NCBI GenBank assembly: GCA_021108075.1
Contig: JAIORP010000158.1
Span: 5,740 to 69,739, forward strand
DNA length: 64,000 nt
From: Candidatus Omnitrophota bacterium
Lineage (GTDB): Bacteria; Omnitrophota; Gorgyraeia; Zapsychrales; Zapsychraceae
Direction of reading: 5' to 3'
Part shown: piece by piece, positions 41,877 to 52,417 of the stretch
Layout of the letters: every line of letters begins with the position of its first letter
Position numbering within the stretch: the first letter of the stretch is position 1
Notes under the pieces: model-generated
What the model was told of the DNA's origin: nothing
What the model saw: only the letters and a program-made list of their open reading frames with translations
Database searches by the model: none
Made by a program: the position numbers and the translations under genes

Positions 41877-42881
41877 TCATTCCAGCTCTTCTTTTCCGAA
41901 TTCCCGATTTAAATAACACCACTCCTCGTCATCCATTTCCCATTCGCTGTATACGGCAAGCCCACGATAATTTTCTGGTAAGGACTCAAACCGCAGCAAC
42001 CCCGCGTGTATCCCGAATAAAGCGTTCTGGATGTTTTCCACTTTGGGTGAATGATATAAGACCGTCGCATCATCATAAACAGGCACACCCAGGAGTATTT
42101 CTGTTCCCTGCCCCCAGGTTAAAACATCCCTGGTCCAAGCACTCATCACTTTTTGGTAAACCTTCTGCAAACGTATGGCGCTGTCATACATCATAACGGC
42201 AATTTGGTCAGCATGTTGCGCCACCTGCTGATAGTATTTCCGCCCCCAATGGACCCTGGGAAAAGGATGCCACTTTGTCGGAGGAGGATAAGCGGCGATC
42301 GACAATATCTTGTCCCGCGGCATCGCCTGCCGGAGTTCTTGAAGCAGATCCAAAAAATCAGTATCGCCGGAAATCATCGGCTCAATATTCACTTGCACAC
42401 CAGCCAGACGAGGGTGGCGCGCGAACAGATCAAGGATGGATGCGATGAAACGGGAACGCCATTCACGCGAGTCGATAAAGCAATGCGTGCCCACAATACC
42501 GCCAACCCAAGGGATGACCTTCAAATCACTTAACTGATCTAGAAAAATTTCCGTGTTAGGTTCATCGTGACGGGCAATCTTGCCATCCGGCTGGCACGGA
42601 CAGACATGAGGAAAAACATATTTTATGCCATGAAAACGCAATTTACTGGCCAACCGCGCCATTTGGCGAGCATCACGAAATCTTGATTTGTCTCTCTTGT
42701 TGCGCTGAAACCAATCATCATCTCCCATCCAACCATGCTGCAACCATATGGCATTCGTACGCAGGTCATGCCGGCCGTCACGGACAAGCCGGCCCGGATG
42801 CCACGCGGCATAAGCAAATACCAACATGATCATGGTCAACAAAATGAATGCCGCCATCAACACTCTTTTTGACCGGTTCAT
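41877..42881 (-). CDS. GH18-like TIM-barrel glycoside hydrolase with N-terminal anchor
   Basis: GVQVNIEP, DQIAVMMYD, LLGVPVY; start moved to ATG 42881 because the track's ATG is in a MITE half. Confidence 0.6.
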   Translation of the reverse strand: MNRSKRVLMAAFILLTMIMLVFAYAAWHPGRLVRDGRHDLRTNAIWLQHGWMGDDDWFQRNKRDKSRFRDARQMARLASKLRFHGIKYVFPHVCPCQPDGKIARHDEPNTEIFLDQLSDLKVIPWVGGIVGTHCFIDSREWRSRFIASILDLFARHPRLAGVQVNIEPMISGDTDFLDLLQELRQAMPRDKILSIAAYPPPTKWHPFPRVHWGRKYYQQVAQHADQIAVMMYDSAIRLQKVYQKVMSAWTRDVLTWGQGTEILLGVPVYDDATVLYHSPKVENIQNALFGIHAGLLRFESLPENYRGLAVYSEWEMDDEEWCYLNREFGKEELE

Positions 42882-42956
42882 TTGAGAATAAAATTTTAAC
42901 ATCCTTGACGAAGTCCTCGCGCAACAATCCATCCTGAGGTGAAAACGAGCACATAA

Positions 42957-42970
42957 TACCAAATCCATTA
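42957..42970. mobile_element. Solo terminal repeat of MITE family A
   Basis: TAA|TACCAAATCCATTA followed by unrelated sequence. Confidence 0.6.
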
Positions 42971-43059
42971 CATCATATAAAGTCGAACATTAAAATAAAA
43001 ATAAGGATCTCAAGACCGAAAAACATTGATCCACACCATGGGCAACATAACGGTTCTGA

Positions 43060-43962
43060 TTAATAAAACGAAGCCGAAATACTGTCAAATAATTCTTTCG
43101 ATTCAAAAACTTGACTTCTTGGATTGTCTACTATGACCAATTTTTTGCGATCATATTCAACAATAAAATGACGCCAATAAAATTCAATCTCAGACAATTC
43201 TTTACGAAAAGAGGCCTCTAAATAAGAGTTATAGCCATCCAATGTGTTTTCTTTTAACTGCTCTAAATATGCTCTTAACTTTCCCCTTTTATGCAAAAAG
43301 AGGATGACGAGACGAACCTCATTCTTTGTTAATTGATCGACAGGCTTTGTAACAATGTCACTTAATTTAATCCCCGCTATGCCCCCACGGTTCATAAGTT
43401 CTTGCGTACGGATGGGACTATGATAGCCGACATTCAAGACGAGCTGCCCATCATCTTCATAGACATAAATCATCTCAAAAAAAGATGCCAGGCCCATGAC
43501 GAACCAGGGGGGTGCGCTTCTAAAGCGACCTGCCATCAAAGGCTGCATGACAATATAAGCAACCGTTCCGATATCAGCCTCTTCATGCGTTATCAACGCT
43601 CTTAAATCATATACGTATTCCCCCCCATCAGAAGGAATTCCATCTAACTCCTGACGAATGAACGATCGAAATTCTTCTCTGTCAGATAAGACATAAAAAT
43701 CAAGCGGATCGACGATATCCGTCTCAAAATAATGATTTTTAATAAAAGGCACAAACGCATCCGCGAACGCAGCAAATTCCGGAACAACCTGAATCTTCTT
43801 GTTATAGTAAAATGTGAAATGCTTCGATTGGTAGCTATTATCAAAATATGCCGCAGGATTAAAATTCCTGCGCTTGTGTTCTTTAACAGAAAGATAATAC
43901 ATTCCCATTAAAATAATGATGCCGGCCAGAACAATCCGTGAATAAAACTTGTCTGAATCCAT
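43060..43962 (-). CDS. Membrane-anchored protein resembling a zincin (peptidase MA/DUF1570-like) but lacking HExxH
   Basis: GTVAYIVMQPLM...PPWFVMGLASFFE aligns by eye with GTxxHExxH...PxWFxEGxA. Confidence 0.5.
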   Translation of the reverse strand: MDSDKFYSRIVLAGIIILMGMYYLSVKEHKRRNFNPAAYFDNSYQSKHFTFYYNKKIQVVPEFAAFADAFVPFIKNHYFETDIVDPLDFYVLSDREEFRSFIRQELDGIPSDGGEYVYDLRALITHEEADIGTVAYIVMQPLMAGRFRSAPPWFVMGLASFFEMIYVYEDDGQLVLNVGYHSPIRTQELMNRGGIAGIKLSDIVTKPVDQLTKNEVRLVILFLHKRGKLRAYLEQLKENTLDGYNSYLEASFRKELSEIEFYWRHFIVEYDRKKLVIVDNPRSQVFESKELFDSISASFY

Positions 43963-43984
43963 CTCGTTCCCTTCCTTATCATTA

Positions 43985-44064
43985 TACCAATTCCATTAAA
44001 TAATGACCAAAACCAATTCTGCTTTTCAGAATTAAGATAGAACAATTTATTAATGGATTTGGTA
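43985..44064 (+). mobile_element. MITE family A copy 6 (80 bp)
   Basis: TTA duplication; right copy is the stop of ORF 44065-44811. Confidence 0.9.
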
Positions 44065-44811
44065 TTACGTGACGTTAATATCCGGACGGAAATGCTTTAA
44101 AAACTTTTTGTCTGGATAGATAGTAACTTTTTGAAACTCTTTTGTTTCCCCGGTTCTTAATTGAAACCGCAAGGTTTTATTCCATATTCCTTTCATTGCA
44201 ACGGAATCGATTTCTGATAAGACCAGTTCTTTAAAAGTGTTGTCTTTCCCATCTCTTTGAATCAAACGTTGATTCGTTAAAATAAACCAGGCCGGATTTT
44301 TTGCGCCCGCCTCATCCCCAACACCGACTAAAAACTCGCCCGGCTGAGGTGGAAATTGGGTAAATAAGACATGCAAACAGCCACCTTCTTGTGGAGGATA
44401 AATTTTAACAAAATCTTCATAGGGCGTTTTAGCCTCCTGTTGAAAAGCCGCGTTCAAATCGGAAAGTTGCCCAGAACCCCAGGCATCCAGGGTGGACTGA
44501 TAAAAACCGACGACCCTTTGATCTTGAAGCAACACGCTGTCCACCGCAGCCCGAACAGAATCAACATGCCGTCTGGCTGAAAAAAATTCTTTTGTGTCAA
44601 AAGCATACCAGACCAAACAAGCAACAATAAAAACAGTTTGTGAAATCGGCATCCCGAAAAGCGCAATTTGATCCCCTTGCGCATACACCGTCAGGCCCCA
44701 GATTAATATCCCTGTTGTCAGAATGTAGCCGAAGACAGCTCCAACGGTTTTAGAACCTTTAGACATGACACCCTGCAGAAGAATAGCAACAATGATATAT
44801 GGATTAAACAT
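44065..44811 (-). CDS. Hypothetical membrane protein, possible C-terminal PH-like domain
   Basis: N-terminal TMs; FILTNQRLI motif; RBS AAGGTG. Confidence 0.6.
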   Translation of the reverse strand: MFNPYIIVAILLQGVMSKGSKTVGAVFGYILTTGILIWGLTVYAQGDQIALFGMPISQTVFIVACLVWYAFDTKEFFSARRHVDSVRAAVDSVLLQDQRVVGFYQSTLDAWGSGQLSDLNAAFQQEAKTPYEDFVKIYPPQEGGCLHVLFTQFPPQPGEFLVGVGDEAGAKNPAWFILTNQRLIQRDGKDNTFKELVLSEIDSVAMKGIWNKTLRFQLRTGETKEFQKVTIYPDKKFLKHFRPDINVT

Positions 44812-45154
44812 AAATAGACACCTTTCTTTTTAGTTGCGGCGGCTAAAAACAAACACGTTTTGTCATACGTCCCTAAATAAAATCTGTCCTTGCCCTCGGG
44901 TCAATATTCAGGCAATCTCTAAAAATTCAATTATTGCAACAAAATAATAACCGGGTTTCGGCGAGAAGACCTGAATACTCTAACCATTTCTATCAATTAT
45001 TAGAGGTTGCCTTTAATGAATCGGACTCCTGAGGCAGATAAACATCTCATCAAAACATTTCGCTTCACTAAAAACGAACGACGCTTCACGCATTCATGTC
45101 CTGAGCACCTATTTGCGACGATAGAATGTCAATAATCTGAAAATGAATGACGCC

Positions 45155-45523
45155 TTATAATGATGGAACAAAAATCGATATGACTGTTAAAAGAAAGATA
45201 ATGCCATAACTCAAAAGAAAATCCTTGCGCTCCATCCATATCGATTTGAAGTCATCATGAAAAAAGGATATGACAAACAAAATAATTGTTAAACATATCA
45301 TAACCGGCATTAAACAAAAAAACCCGACGAGTTGTTTGTATCCTTCAGGAAATGGCGCGGCCAGAACGGGGAATATTTCTTCCAACAATCCTCTCGGCGC
45401 CAACAATTCGGTAGACAATTTATGTTGAAACCCGAGCAAAAGCGTTAAGATAAAAAGGATCATCCCCTGAAATAAAAAAAGTGAAAATTTCTTCGACACA
45501 CTCGCTCCATATGCTCCGGTCAC
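45155..45523 (-). CDS. Hypothetical membrane protein (3 TM)
   Basis: Hydrophobic ORF, 4-nt overlap with upstream gene. Confidence 0.55.
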   Translation of the reverse strand: MTGAYGASVSKKFSLFLFQGMILFILTLLLGFQHKLSTELLAPRGLLEEIFPVLAAPFPEGYKQLVGFFCLMPVMICLTIILFVISFFHDDFKSIWMERKDFLLSYGIIFLLTVISIFVPSL

Positions 45524-45945
45524 AGTGGATTGAAATAAAACCTCCCGCCTAACTTTTTGACAGCCTGCCTCACCGGTTCTTTGTGCTTTTCATCACCAAT
45601 GAAAAGAATTTGTAATCCCGGCAAAGGATCAAGGTGCATGTCCAAAGCATCTAAAATAACCCTCATTGTATTAGAGCTTTTTGGCCCCACACAACAGATT
45701 CTAAAACTTTTCGTTTTTGCAGCCGACAACTTGTTTGCTAAGTCCACGCTCAAACTTGATCGGGAAGTGTTTTCTGCAGGCACCCATAACAACAAAGCGT
45801 CCTTACCTAAAACGGCATTAGCTTGAAACATCATAGAGGTCGTCGGTTCTGTGGCAACTGGAGCAGTGGAACAGCCAGTCAAAATAAAAACAAGAACCCA
45901 TATTCCACAACAGCGATAAAAGGCGAAACTCATATTCTCCTCCAA
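45520..45945 (-). CDS. Hypothetical lipoprotein
   Basis: Lipobox ILTGC; RBS GGAGGAG. Confidence 0.65.
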   Translation of the reverse strand: MEENMSFAFYRCCGIWVLVFILTGCSTAPVATEPTTSMMFQANAVLGKDALLLWVPAENTSRSSLSVDLANKLSAAKTKSFRICCVGPKSSNTMRVILDALDMHLDPLPGLQILFIGDEKHKEPVRQAVKKLGGRFYFNPL

Positions 45946-45970
45946 TAATCTTTCCCGTAGACATTAAACA

Positions 45971-46390
45971 TTAATCTGTCTTTACTCTTTGAAAAACTAA
46001 TGTTTCTGACGTAAATTCCAGTGGATATTCGCCTATATCATCTTTGGTAAATGAATGTCCGTCCATCTTAAAACTATCATTGTTCAAGAATTCAATCAAG
46101 GTGACTATAAACATGTCCTCAAACTCTTTGCTGGTAAAGTCGGAAAAAACAACATATTCCTTGCCGTTTTTCTGTTCAATGACAAATTGACCATCCATCG
46201 TCATTTTATTTTCCGGGCTCTCTGTCTCCCAGGTAAACGTATTGTCCTTAAAAAAATGATAGGTTAATGTCACACCTTCAACAGGAGATGTCATCCAGAC
46301 ACCTAACAATTGATTTATGGATATTGCCTGCGCATGCGCAGTGCTAACCATCAGCGATATAAAAATGACAAAACTTAGAATTTTCTTCAT
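45971..46390 (-). CDS. Secreted hypothetical protein (lipocalin-like beta barrel)
   Basis: Signal AHA-Q; LLGVW...F.KDNTF pattern; RBS GGAGG. Confidence 0.65.
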   Translation of the reverse strand: MKKILSFVIFISLMVSTAHAQAISINQLLGVWMTSPVEGVTLTYHFFKDNTFTWETESPENKMTMDGQFVIEQKNGKEYVVFSDFTSKEFEDMFIVTLIEFLNNDSFKMDGHSFTKDDIGEYPLEFTSETLVFQRVKTD

Positions 46391-46483
46391 TTGACCTCCT
46401 TCAAACCTATTGCTCGTTGGGCGTTAAATATATGAAAAGATCGTGTTATCAAGAAAAACATATCTTTAAACATGGACCCTGTT

Positions 46484-47563
46484 TTATTTTTGCCGCCATA
46501 TGATCTGATTGATGACCTCCCCTTCTAAGGTCCGTACTTCAGTTTTTTTGATTAATTTAATACTAGATTTTTCATCTTTCAAAAAATAATCACAAAAGAG
46601 TACCATTAAAGCCTTTGATATCCGCTGGGCATCCGGACGGGAAGCAGACGGAAAAAAACGCGCCTCTGGATTATCTGAAAAAGCAAAATGATCCGCATTC
46701 TTCAGCCAAAAAAAATATTTATCGCCATCCGGCAACAGCTTGAATACTTGCCACCGGGTATAGGGCAATAAAACTCCACCATCATATCGTTTTTGAACAT
46801 CTCTTGATCCGGTCAGGCAAACAAGCGGACGGTCAATGGAACGATAACTGTCCGGGCCGAAATAGGTTGTGTCCGGACTTTGAGGAGACATCGCAAACCC
46901 AAAAATAATACGTGAATCATTTAAAGGAGGAGCCAATCCCTTGCCAGTTCCTTGGACCGGATCCAAATGATCCAAAATTGGCCGGGCCCCACAGGCGACG
47001 AGGGTTGTATAAGCTCCAAACGAATGCCCCATCATCGCGATTTTATTAATATTTATTTTTCCTCTCAATACGGCATGTTGCCTATTCCATCGCTCTGCCT
47101 GGTCAATGGCAAAACGGACATCCTTCGGCCGTTCAAGAACGGCTTGAGGATCCTTCGTTATTTTATGCACAGCTTGTTTCAGTGTCATCTGTCCGCCCTG
47201 CGGACTTAAATAATATTTAACACGTCGATTGTTGCTAAAAACATGTTCCATGCAAATGACAACATAACCCCAACGGGCTAAATGCTGTGCCTGGTATATA
47301 TTGGCATCCCGTGTTCCCATTCCTCCATGAGAAAAAATAATCAGAGGATATTGTCCCCGTTCTTCCGGATAATGAATCTTTAATGGAACATTCCGGTCCT
47401 TACGAGAAGCGTCCGTTAAGTCAGGGAAATCCAGTGTATCGATTTCATGCGGACCCGGTTGGCTATAATCCATCAAGCTCGCATAAGAACAGCTAAAAAC
47501 AGGTAGACATAAAAAAATAAGAAGCAAACAAACATAGCTGCAAACATGATAAAATTTTATCAT
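46484..47563 (-). CDS. Exported alpha/beta hydrolase (PAF-AH/dienelactone hydrolase-like)
   Basis: FSHG, nucleophile GHSFG, TGSRD, ADHFAFSD. Confidence 0.85.
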   Translation of the reverse strand: MIKFYHVCSYVCLLLIFLCLPVFSCSYASLMDYSQPGPHEIDTLDFPDLTDASRKDRNVPLKIHYPEERGQYPLIIFSHGGMGTRDANIYQAQHLARWGYVVICMEHVFSNNRRVKYYLSPQGGQMTLKQAVHKITKDPQAVLERPKDVRFAIDQAERWNRQHAVLRGKININKIAMMGHSFGAYTTLVACGARPILDHLDPVQGTGKGLAPPLNDSRIIFGFAMSPQSPDTTYFGPDSYRSIDRPLVCLTGSRDVQKRYDGGVLLPYTRWQVFKLLPDGDKYFFWLKNADHFAFSDNPEARFFPSASRPDAQRISKALMVLFCDYFLKDEKSSIKLIKKTEVRTLEGEVINQIIWRQK

Positions 47564-47584
47564 ACAGTCACCCTTCGCATCCTC

Positions 47585-48046
47585 TTACGACGGCAGGCCA
47601 TCCGGCCAATATTGCTTTGATAATGATACAATCGTTTGCCGCTGCTCAGGAGTAAGAAAGGCTTCCGGTGAATTTTCCAAAGATGTTTCCCTGTTCTCGA
47701 CAATAAGAACCATCGCATCTCTGCTTAAAGAATGTGTGTGCCAGACTCCCCTCTTCACATTATACTGTTTCAACGGCTGCATTTGCTCAATATGTATCTT
47801 TGTTATTGCATTCGCGCCTTCACCTAAAAACAATAAACATTGTCCTTTCAATAAAACGAAAACTTCGTCTGTTTCATCGTGACGCTGCATCTTCAATATT
47901 TCTTGAGGCTCTAACTCATCAATGTAATTCAAAATAGCGACACGCCATTGTTCATAATCAATGATCGGATTGTAACCTTGAGCGTGGCATTCATGAATGG
48001 CTAATAAGTTTGTCGTCATAATAATATCCATTTTACTTCTTTTCAC
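47585..48046 (-). CDS. Cupin-fold protein (ureidoglycolate lyase-like)
   Basis: RHDETDEVFVLLKG and NVKRGVWH cupin motifs. Confidence 0.7.
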   Translation of the reverse strand: MKRSKMDIIMTTNLLAIHECHAQGYNPIIDYEQWRVAILNYIDELEPQEILKMQRHDETDEVFVLLKGQCLLFLGEGANAITKIHIEQMQPLKQYNVKRGVWHTHSLSRDAMVLIVENRETSLENSPEAFLTPEQRQTIVSLSKQYWPDGLPS

Positions 48047-48128
48047 TCATCCGCGTAATCCGTGTGAGCGAACATACGCTGTAAACGGGCGGGAAAACAA
48101 TGCCGCTGACCTTCACGCCTCACATATA

Positions 48129-48500
48129 TCATCCCTTAAACGATTTTCCAAATGGGAATAAGGCTAATGCTATTAACTTCAAATGTTGTCTGGCAAAGGG
48201 GATCCCAATGATTGTTATGGCTAGAAGTCCCGCCAGGATTAAATGCATGATAGCGATCTCAAGCCCAAAAAACAGGAGCCAAATGACATTCAAAATGGCG
48301 GCTATCACGCCGGACTTTCCTTCAGTCTGAACAACTTCTTTACCAAAGGGGAAACACGCGATGCCGGAAAGTTTAAAGCATTGCACACCGAATGGAATAC
48401 CGATAATCGTCAGACAACAGGCAATCCCACCAAGAAAATAAGATACGGCGATAAAAAAACCGCCAAAAACAATCCATAAAAGATTCCCGATAAAACTCAC
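48129..48500 (-). CDS. yccF: YccF-domain inner membrane protein
   Basis: Two repeats N(L/V)xW...TIIGIPF..Q..K....PFGK. Confidence 0.85.
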   Translation of the reverse strand: MSFIGNLLWIVFGGFFIAVSYFLGGIACCLTIIGIPFGVQCFKLSGIACFPFGKEVVQTEGKSGVIAAILNVIWLLFFGLEIAIMHLILAGLLAITIIGIPFARQHLKLIALALFPFGKSFKG

Positions 48501-48547
48501 CTAAAACCTCCGATCAAAATATCATTTAAGAAAACGACACAAAACAT

Positions 48548-49045
48548 TCACCGTGACTGCGTGTTTCTTCTATTCTTTTTAATCTTTTTTAATGTTTTTA
48601 TCGCAATATCCCAATCTTCCCTGTATATCGCAAAAATATCAGCCGGGGCTGTTCCGATCACGGAAAAAACACGGCCCTCTTGATCCGCGACATAATAGGC
48701 GATGTTGAGCAATGATCCTGTCCGGAAAATGAACCAAATAATTTCCCGCCTTAATACTTCAATAACCCCCTCATCTACAATATCCGGATTCATCACCTGA
48801 TCAATATAATACTTTTCATGCACGTCTTTCGCCTGTAAGAGGTTTATAACCATCAAGCCCCCCATGCCATCTTGAAAAGCCATGCTTTGACGGGCTATAT
48901 CTTCTTCCAATTCAAGCGCAACCCAACCCCGGGGAATATCTATCGTTACCTGCAACAGATCATTGGAATGTGTTTCACTAAAAGGGCTGTCACAGGCACT
49001 AAAAAATAAACAAAATATCACGGCACATCGAATAAAAAATTTCAT
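48548..49045 (-). CDS. Hypothetical lipoprotein (PsbP-like)
   Basis: Lipobox FSAC; IDIPRGW motif. Confidence 0.55.
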   Translation of the reverse strand: MKFFIRCAVIFCLFFSACDSPFSETHSNDLLQVTIDIPRGWVALELEEDIARQSMAFQDGMGGLMVINLLQAKDVHEKYYIDQVMNPDIVDEGVIEVLRREIIWFIFRTGSLLNIAYYVADQEGRVFSVIGTAPADIFAIYREDWDIAIKTLKKIKKNRRNTQSR

Positions 49046-49192
49046 AAAGAATCCCGGGAACGTCGCGTACTTTTTATCAATAAAACACCCTGGTCATTCC
49101 CGAGGGTCCAAGCGGGAAATAACACTGAAATATAAATTATAACAGAAAAGAATAGTGCCCTCAAAAAAAGATGCACAAAACAATCACAAGAG

Positions 49193-51493
49193 CTACAATT
49201 TCAAAATGAGAATAAAAACAAAAACATTTAAGACCGCGCAAAAAATAGCGACCTGGTTGATCCCCCATAAAGGGATCATGACAATCCCAGCCAGAGCCGC
49301 ACCTATTGTAGCGCCTAAAACATCCATGGCATATAGATAACCCGCGTTCCTGGCTGACGAATCAGAAGAAAGACGCATGGGTTCTTCTTCTGAGCGTATG
49401 CGTGTGAATAAATATGTAGCTAAAGGATATTGAATGCCGCCGATAAATCCCGCAATGATGGGCAAAAAAGCAAATACAGTTCCAAACAAACCCATTAGAT
49501 AACGACCTTGAAAAACATCACGAAAAACAATAAAAAGAACAGGTAAAAATAGTGGATAAACGCAAACACCGCATTGAACATGTTTGTATGTCCTGATCAC
49601 ATTCGAAACGGGTTTCTTTAAAACTTTTCGGGCCGCCAGGACCCCAAAGACAAGACCAATCATAAAGGAAGAGACAATCAGGCCAATCTTGTAATACGCG
49701 TATCCATATAATGTCTGAAACGCGATGATGACGATAACCTGGTATATAATCTCAGAAAACCCTGTGGTCATAATCGAGAGGCTGAGCGGCCACGTCTTTT
49801 GTCTCTTAAACAAAATACCGATGAAACAGAGCACGAACGGAACAATCAGGACCTGCCAAAATTTTATCCCTCTCAGATAATTTATGAATTTCTTAAAACC
49901 TGTATTAAAATGAATGGACCAATGAATAATATCAAAAAGATATGCTACCGGGCGGGCATCTGAATTGATTTGACCCGGGTGTTGAAGGACATCCTGAATA
50001 TAGTCCATGCGGTCCGGACTCATCCGGAAAGGAATATAATATGATTGAACATACTGCGTGTCAATTTGTCGGTCCTGGAGACGCTGAACAAGCAAGTCGG
50101 GATCTAAACGGATCCCTCCTTTTTCATTTGACGCCAAGAAGATATGCGTATCACCCGGAATGGACTTTACATCAGTATAAACGTGCTGTAATGTTGTGTT
50201 GATTGATTGCAAAAATTCTTGCGTTTCATCATTCAGATAATTCTCTGAAGACGAGACACTCACAGAAATAATCCCCCCCGGGACCAACCGTTGATGTGCT
50301 TCCTTGAAAAATTCAAGGGTATAGTAACGATTGATCAAGGCCGTGTGCGGGTCAGATAAATTGAGAATAATCACATCATAACGATTTTTTGTTTGTTTGA
50401 CAAAATGGCGTGCGTCCTGCACAAAAATCCGGACTCGCCGTGACTTAAGAATGTTTGTAACGGAATCAGGTAAATGGTCTTCCGTTACCTGAATAACTTT
50501 CGGGTCCAATTCCAAATAATCAACACGGGACTGCGGATGCTTCAGAATTTCCTGAATACTACCCCCGAGTCCATTACCGATCAAAAGGATGTTTTTAGGG
50601 GCAGGATGGGTTAATAACGGATAATGGACACGTTCTTCACTGCTCAACGCATCATTCGTTGTAAAAACATGTAACCCATTCTGAAAAAGGCTGTATTCTC
50701 CATATCTTTTTAGCAAGGCAATGTTCCCGTACAGGGAATCCTCGATATGAACGATTTCATAGCCTTTCCATTGCTGTTGACGGCTCCATTGGTCGATTTT
50801 ATCTACGCCACCGCTGAACCATAGCCCGACTAAAAAAAACATCAAAACAAAATGTATTGTTCGCAATAAAAAATTTTTAGGATCGATCAAAATGGAACAA
50901 ATGCCAAGAATAATAACGGCCATCCCGCACACTAAAACCAGAGGAGACAAAAAATGGATGAGCACAAAACTAAAAACAACCCCGCCCAGGGCAGAGCCAA
51001 CAGCCTCCCACAGATAAACACCGCTGACACCGTGGATCTCAGGATGACGCGGCCCTTCATTGACCGGTGATCTTTGACTGAAGGCGCAAATCAGCGTGTA
51101 AAGGGCGCCCAGACAAAATGTCAAAGGAGCCAATAAAAAAAAAGAACTCACTGTCATCGATAGAATACCCACAATCTCACCGATGGGAATGTCCATAACA
51201 ATGAACAGGTTCCGGATACAAAGGATCGTGAGTGGAAGAATGAACAGAATGGACCAAAATCCCAATAAAATCCATCTGCGGGATTGTTGAAGTTTGTGGA
51301 TAAAGAAGCTGACAACAGAACTGCCAACGGCAATCCAGAATAACCAACTGGCCAATATGACAGCATAAGCTGTCTCATTTCCATAAAACACGGAAATCAA
51401 TTCACGGAGCAGTAAAACCTGGCTAATAATAGAAATGAATCCAAGCAAAAACGACAGGCATATTGATTGTGTTCGGTTTTGGTTCATTCTCAT
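49193..51493 (-). CDS. Fused membrane / spermidine synthase-like methyltransferase
   Basis: SQVLLLRE..FYGNE, LLIGNGLGG, ELDPKV, DARHFV, YDVII.N..DP, C-terminal TM repeat. Confidence 0.85.
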   Translation of the reverse strand: MRMNQNRTQSICLSFLLGFISIISQVLLLRELISVFYGNETAYAVILASWLFWIAVGSSVVSFFIHKLQQSRRWILLGFWSILFILPLTILCIRNLFIVMDIPIGEIVGILSMTVSSFFLLAPLTFCLGALYTLICAFSQRSPVNEGPRHPEIHGVSGVYLWEAVGSALGGVVFSFVLIHFLSPLVLVCGMAVIILGICSILIDPKNFLLRTIHFVLMFFLVGLWFSGGVDKIDQWSRQQQWKGYEIVHIEDSLYGNIALLKRYGEYSLFQNGLHVFTTNDALSSEERVHYPLLTHPAPKNILLIGNGLGGSIQEILKHPQSRVDYLELDPKVIQVTEDHLPDSVTNILKSRRVRIFVQDARHFVKQTKNRYDVIILNLSDPHTALINRYYTLEFFKEAHQRLVPGGIISVSVSSSENYLNDETQEFLQSINTTLQHVYTDVKSIPGDTHIFLASNEKGGIRLDPDLLVQRLQDRQIDTQYVQSYYIPFRMSPDRMDYIQDVLQHPGQINSDARPVAYLFDIIHWSIHFNTGFKKFINYLRGIKFWQVLIVPFVLCFIGILFKRQKTWPLSLSIMTTGFSEIIYQVIVIIAFQTLYGYAYYKIGLIVSSFMIGLVFGVLAARKVLKKPVSNVIRTYKHVQCGVCVYPLFLPVLFIVFRDVFQGRYLMGLFGTVFAFLPIIAGFIGGIQYPLATYLFTRIRSEEEPMRLSSDSSARNAGYLYAMDVLGATIGAALAGIVMIPLWGINQVAIFCAVLNVFVFILILKL

Positions 51494-51534
51494 GTGTCTT
51501 GTGGTCCAGACTGCGGCATCTAAATAACGGCTTA

Positions 51535-51614
51535 TACCAAATCCATTAATAAATTGTTCTATCTTAATTCTGAAAAGCAGAATTGGGTTTGGTCATTATT
51601 TAATGGAATTGGTA
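51535..51614 (-). mobile_element. MITE family A copy 7 (80 bp)
   Basis: Reverse orientation, TTA duplication. Confidence 0.9.
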
Positions 51615-51650
51615 TTATCGGCTCATCCATACAAAAAAGAACAAACGGGA

Positions 51651-52364
51651 TTAAAGAAATGATTCAACGACTTGTGCCCCTTCTGGAATACTCAGTGTAA
51701 ATATTTCCCGGGGAATATTCACATTCACTTGATAACTTTCATATTCAACAGACCTTATCGGTTTCCTTTTTGAATCATATATGTAATGTTTCATTTCCAG
51801 CCCATCTGCTACGCGGATATAATACGCGATAATAAATTCATGAACAGATCTTTCTTGATGATCTTCAAAACTCTCGGAAACAATTTGGTGGGATCTATGC
51901 TCAATCAAATACACCTCGTTTTCGCCTATCATATCCTTACGGACATAAAACAAACCCCCTTCGAACCCCGCGTTTTTCTTCAAGTTATCAGCAAAACAAA
52001 AGGACAATACCTGACTGGTATCATAAGGACGCTTGAGAATTTTTTCTCTACCGACTTCATAAGACCACAAAAATTGTCCATCCAGGATGTAGACGGATTG
52101 GACATTATCCGCGTTTGTTTCCGTGCGCAATATATTCGGTTTCTGCGCCCAAATTTTTTTATATATAAAATTGTTGTTATTAACCCCCTGATAATACCTT
52201 GTTCGCTCAATGGTTATGATCGTTTTCACGTTATCGGTCTTTTGCTTGATGTCGGCTAAAACTTGATCTGTCGTTAGACCTTTTTGATTGGCTTCAACCG
52301 CCGTAACACAGCAAATAAAAAACAGGATACCGTAAAACATTCTTTTTCTTAACATGAGAGACAT
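51651..52364 (-). CDS. LolA-like periplasmic protein
   Basis: Signal peptide; WAQKPNILRTE, DGQFLWSY, C-terminal NVNIPREIFTLSIPEGAQV. Confidence 0.7.
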   Translation of the reverse strand: MSLMLRKRMFYGILFFICCVTAVEANQKGLTTDQVLADIKQKTDNVKTIITIERTRYYQGVNNNNFIYKKIWAQKPNILRTETNADNVQSVYILDGQFLWSYEVGREKILKRPYDTSQVLSFCFADNLKKNAGFEGGLFYVRKDMIGENEVYLIEHRSHQIVSESFEDHQERSVHEFIIAYYIRVADGLEMKHYIYDSKRKPIRSVEYESYQVNVNIPREIFTLSIPEGAQVVESFL

Positions 52365-52417
52365 CCTTTTGGTTTAACTCACATTTCGAATAAAAAATAT
52401 GAAGTTTCAATTTAAAC

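Noticed and set aside
49093-49120. GTCATTCCCG..CGGGAA REP-like hairpin
   Set aside because: Single short imperfect copy in the window; could be chance
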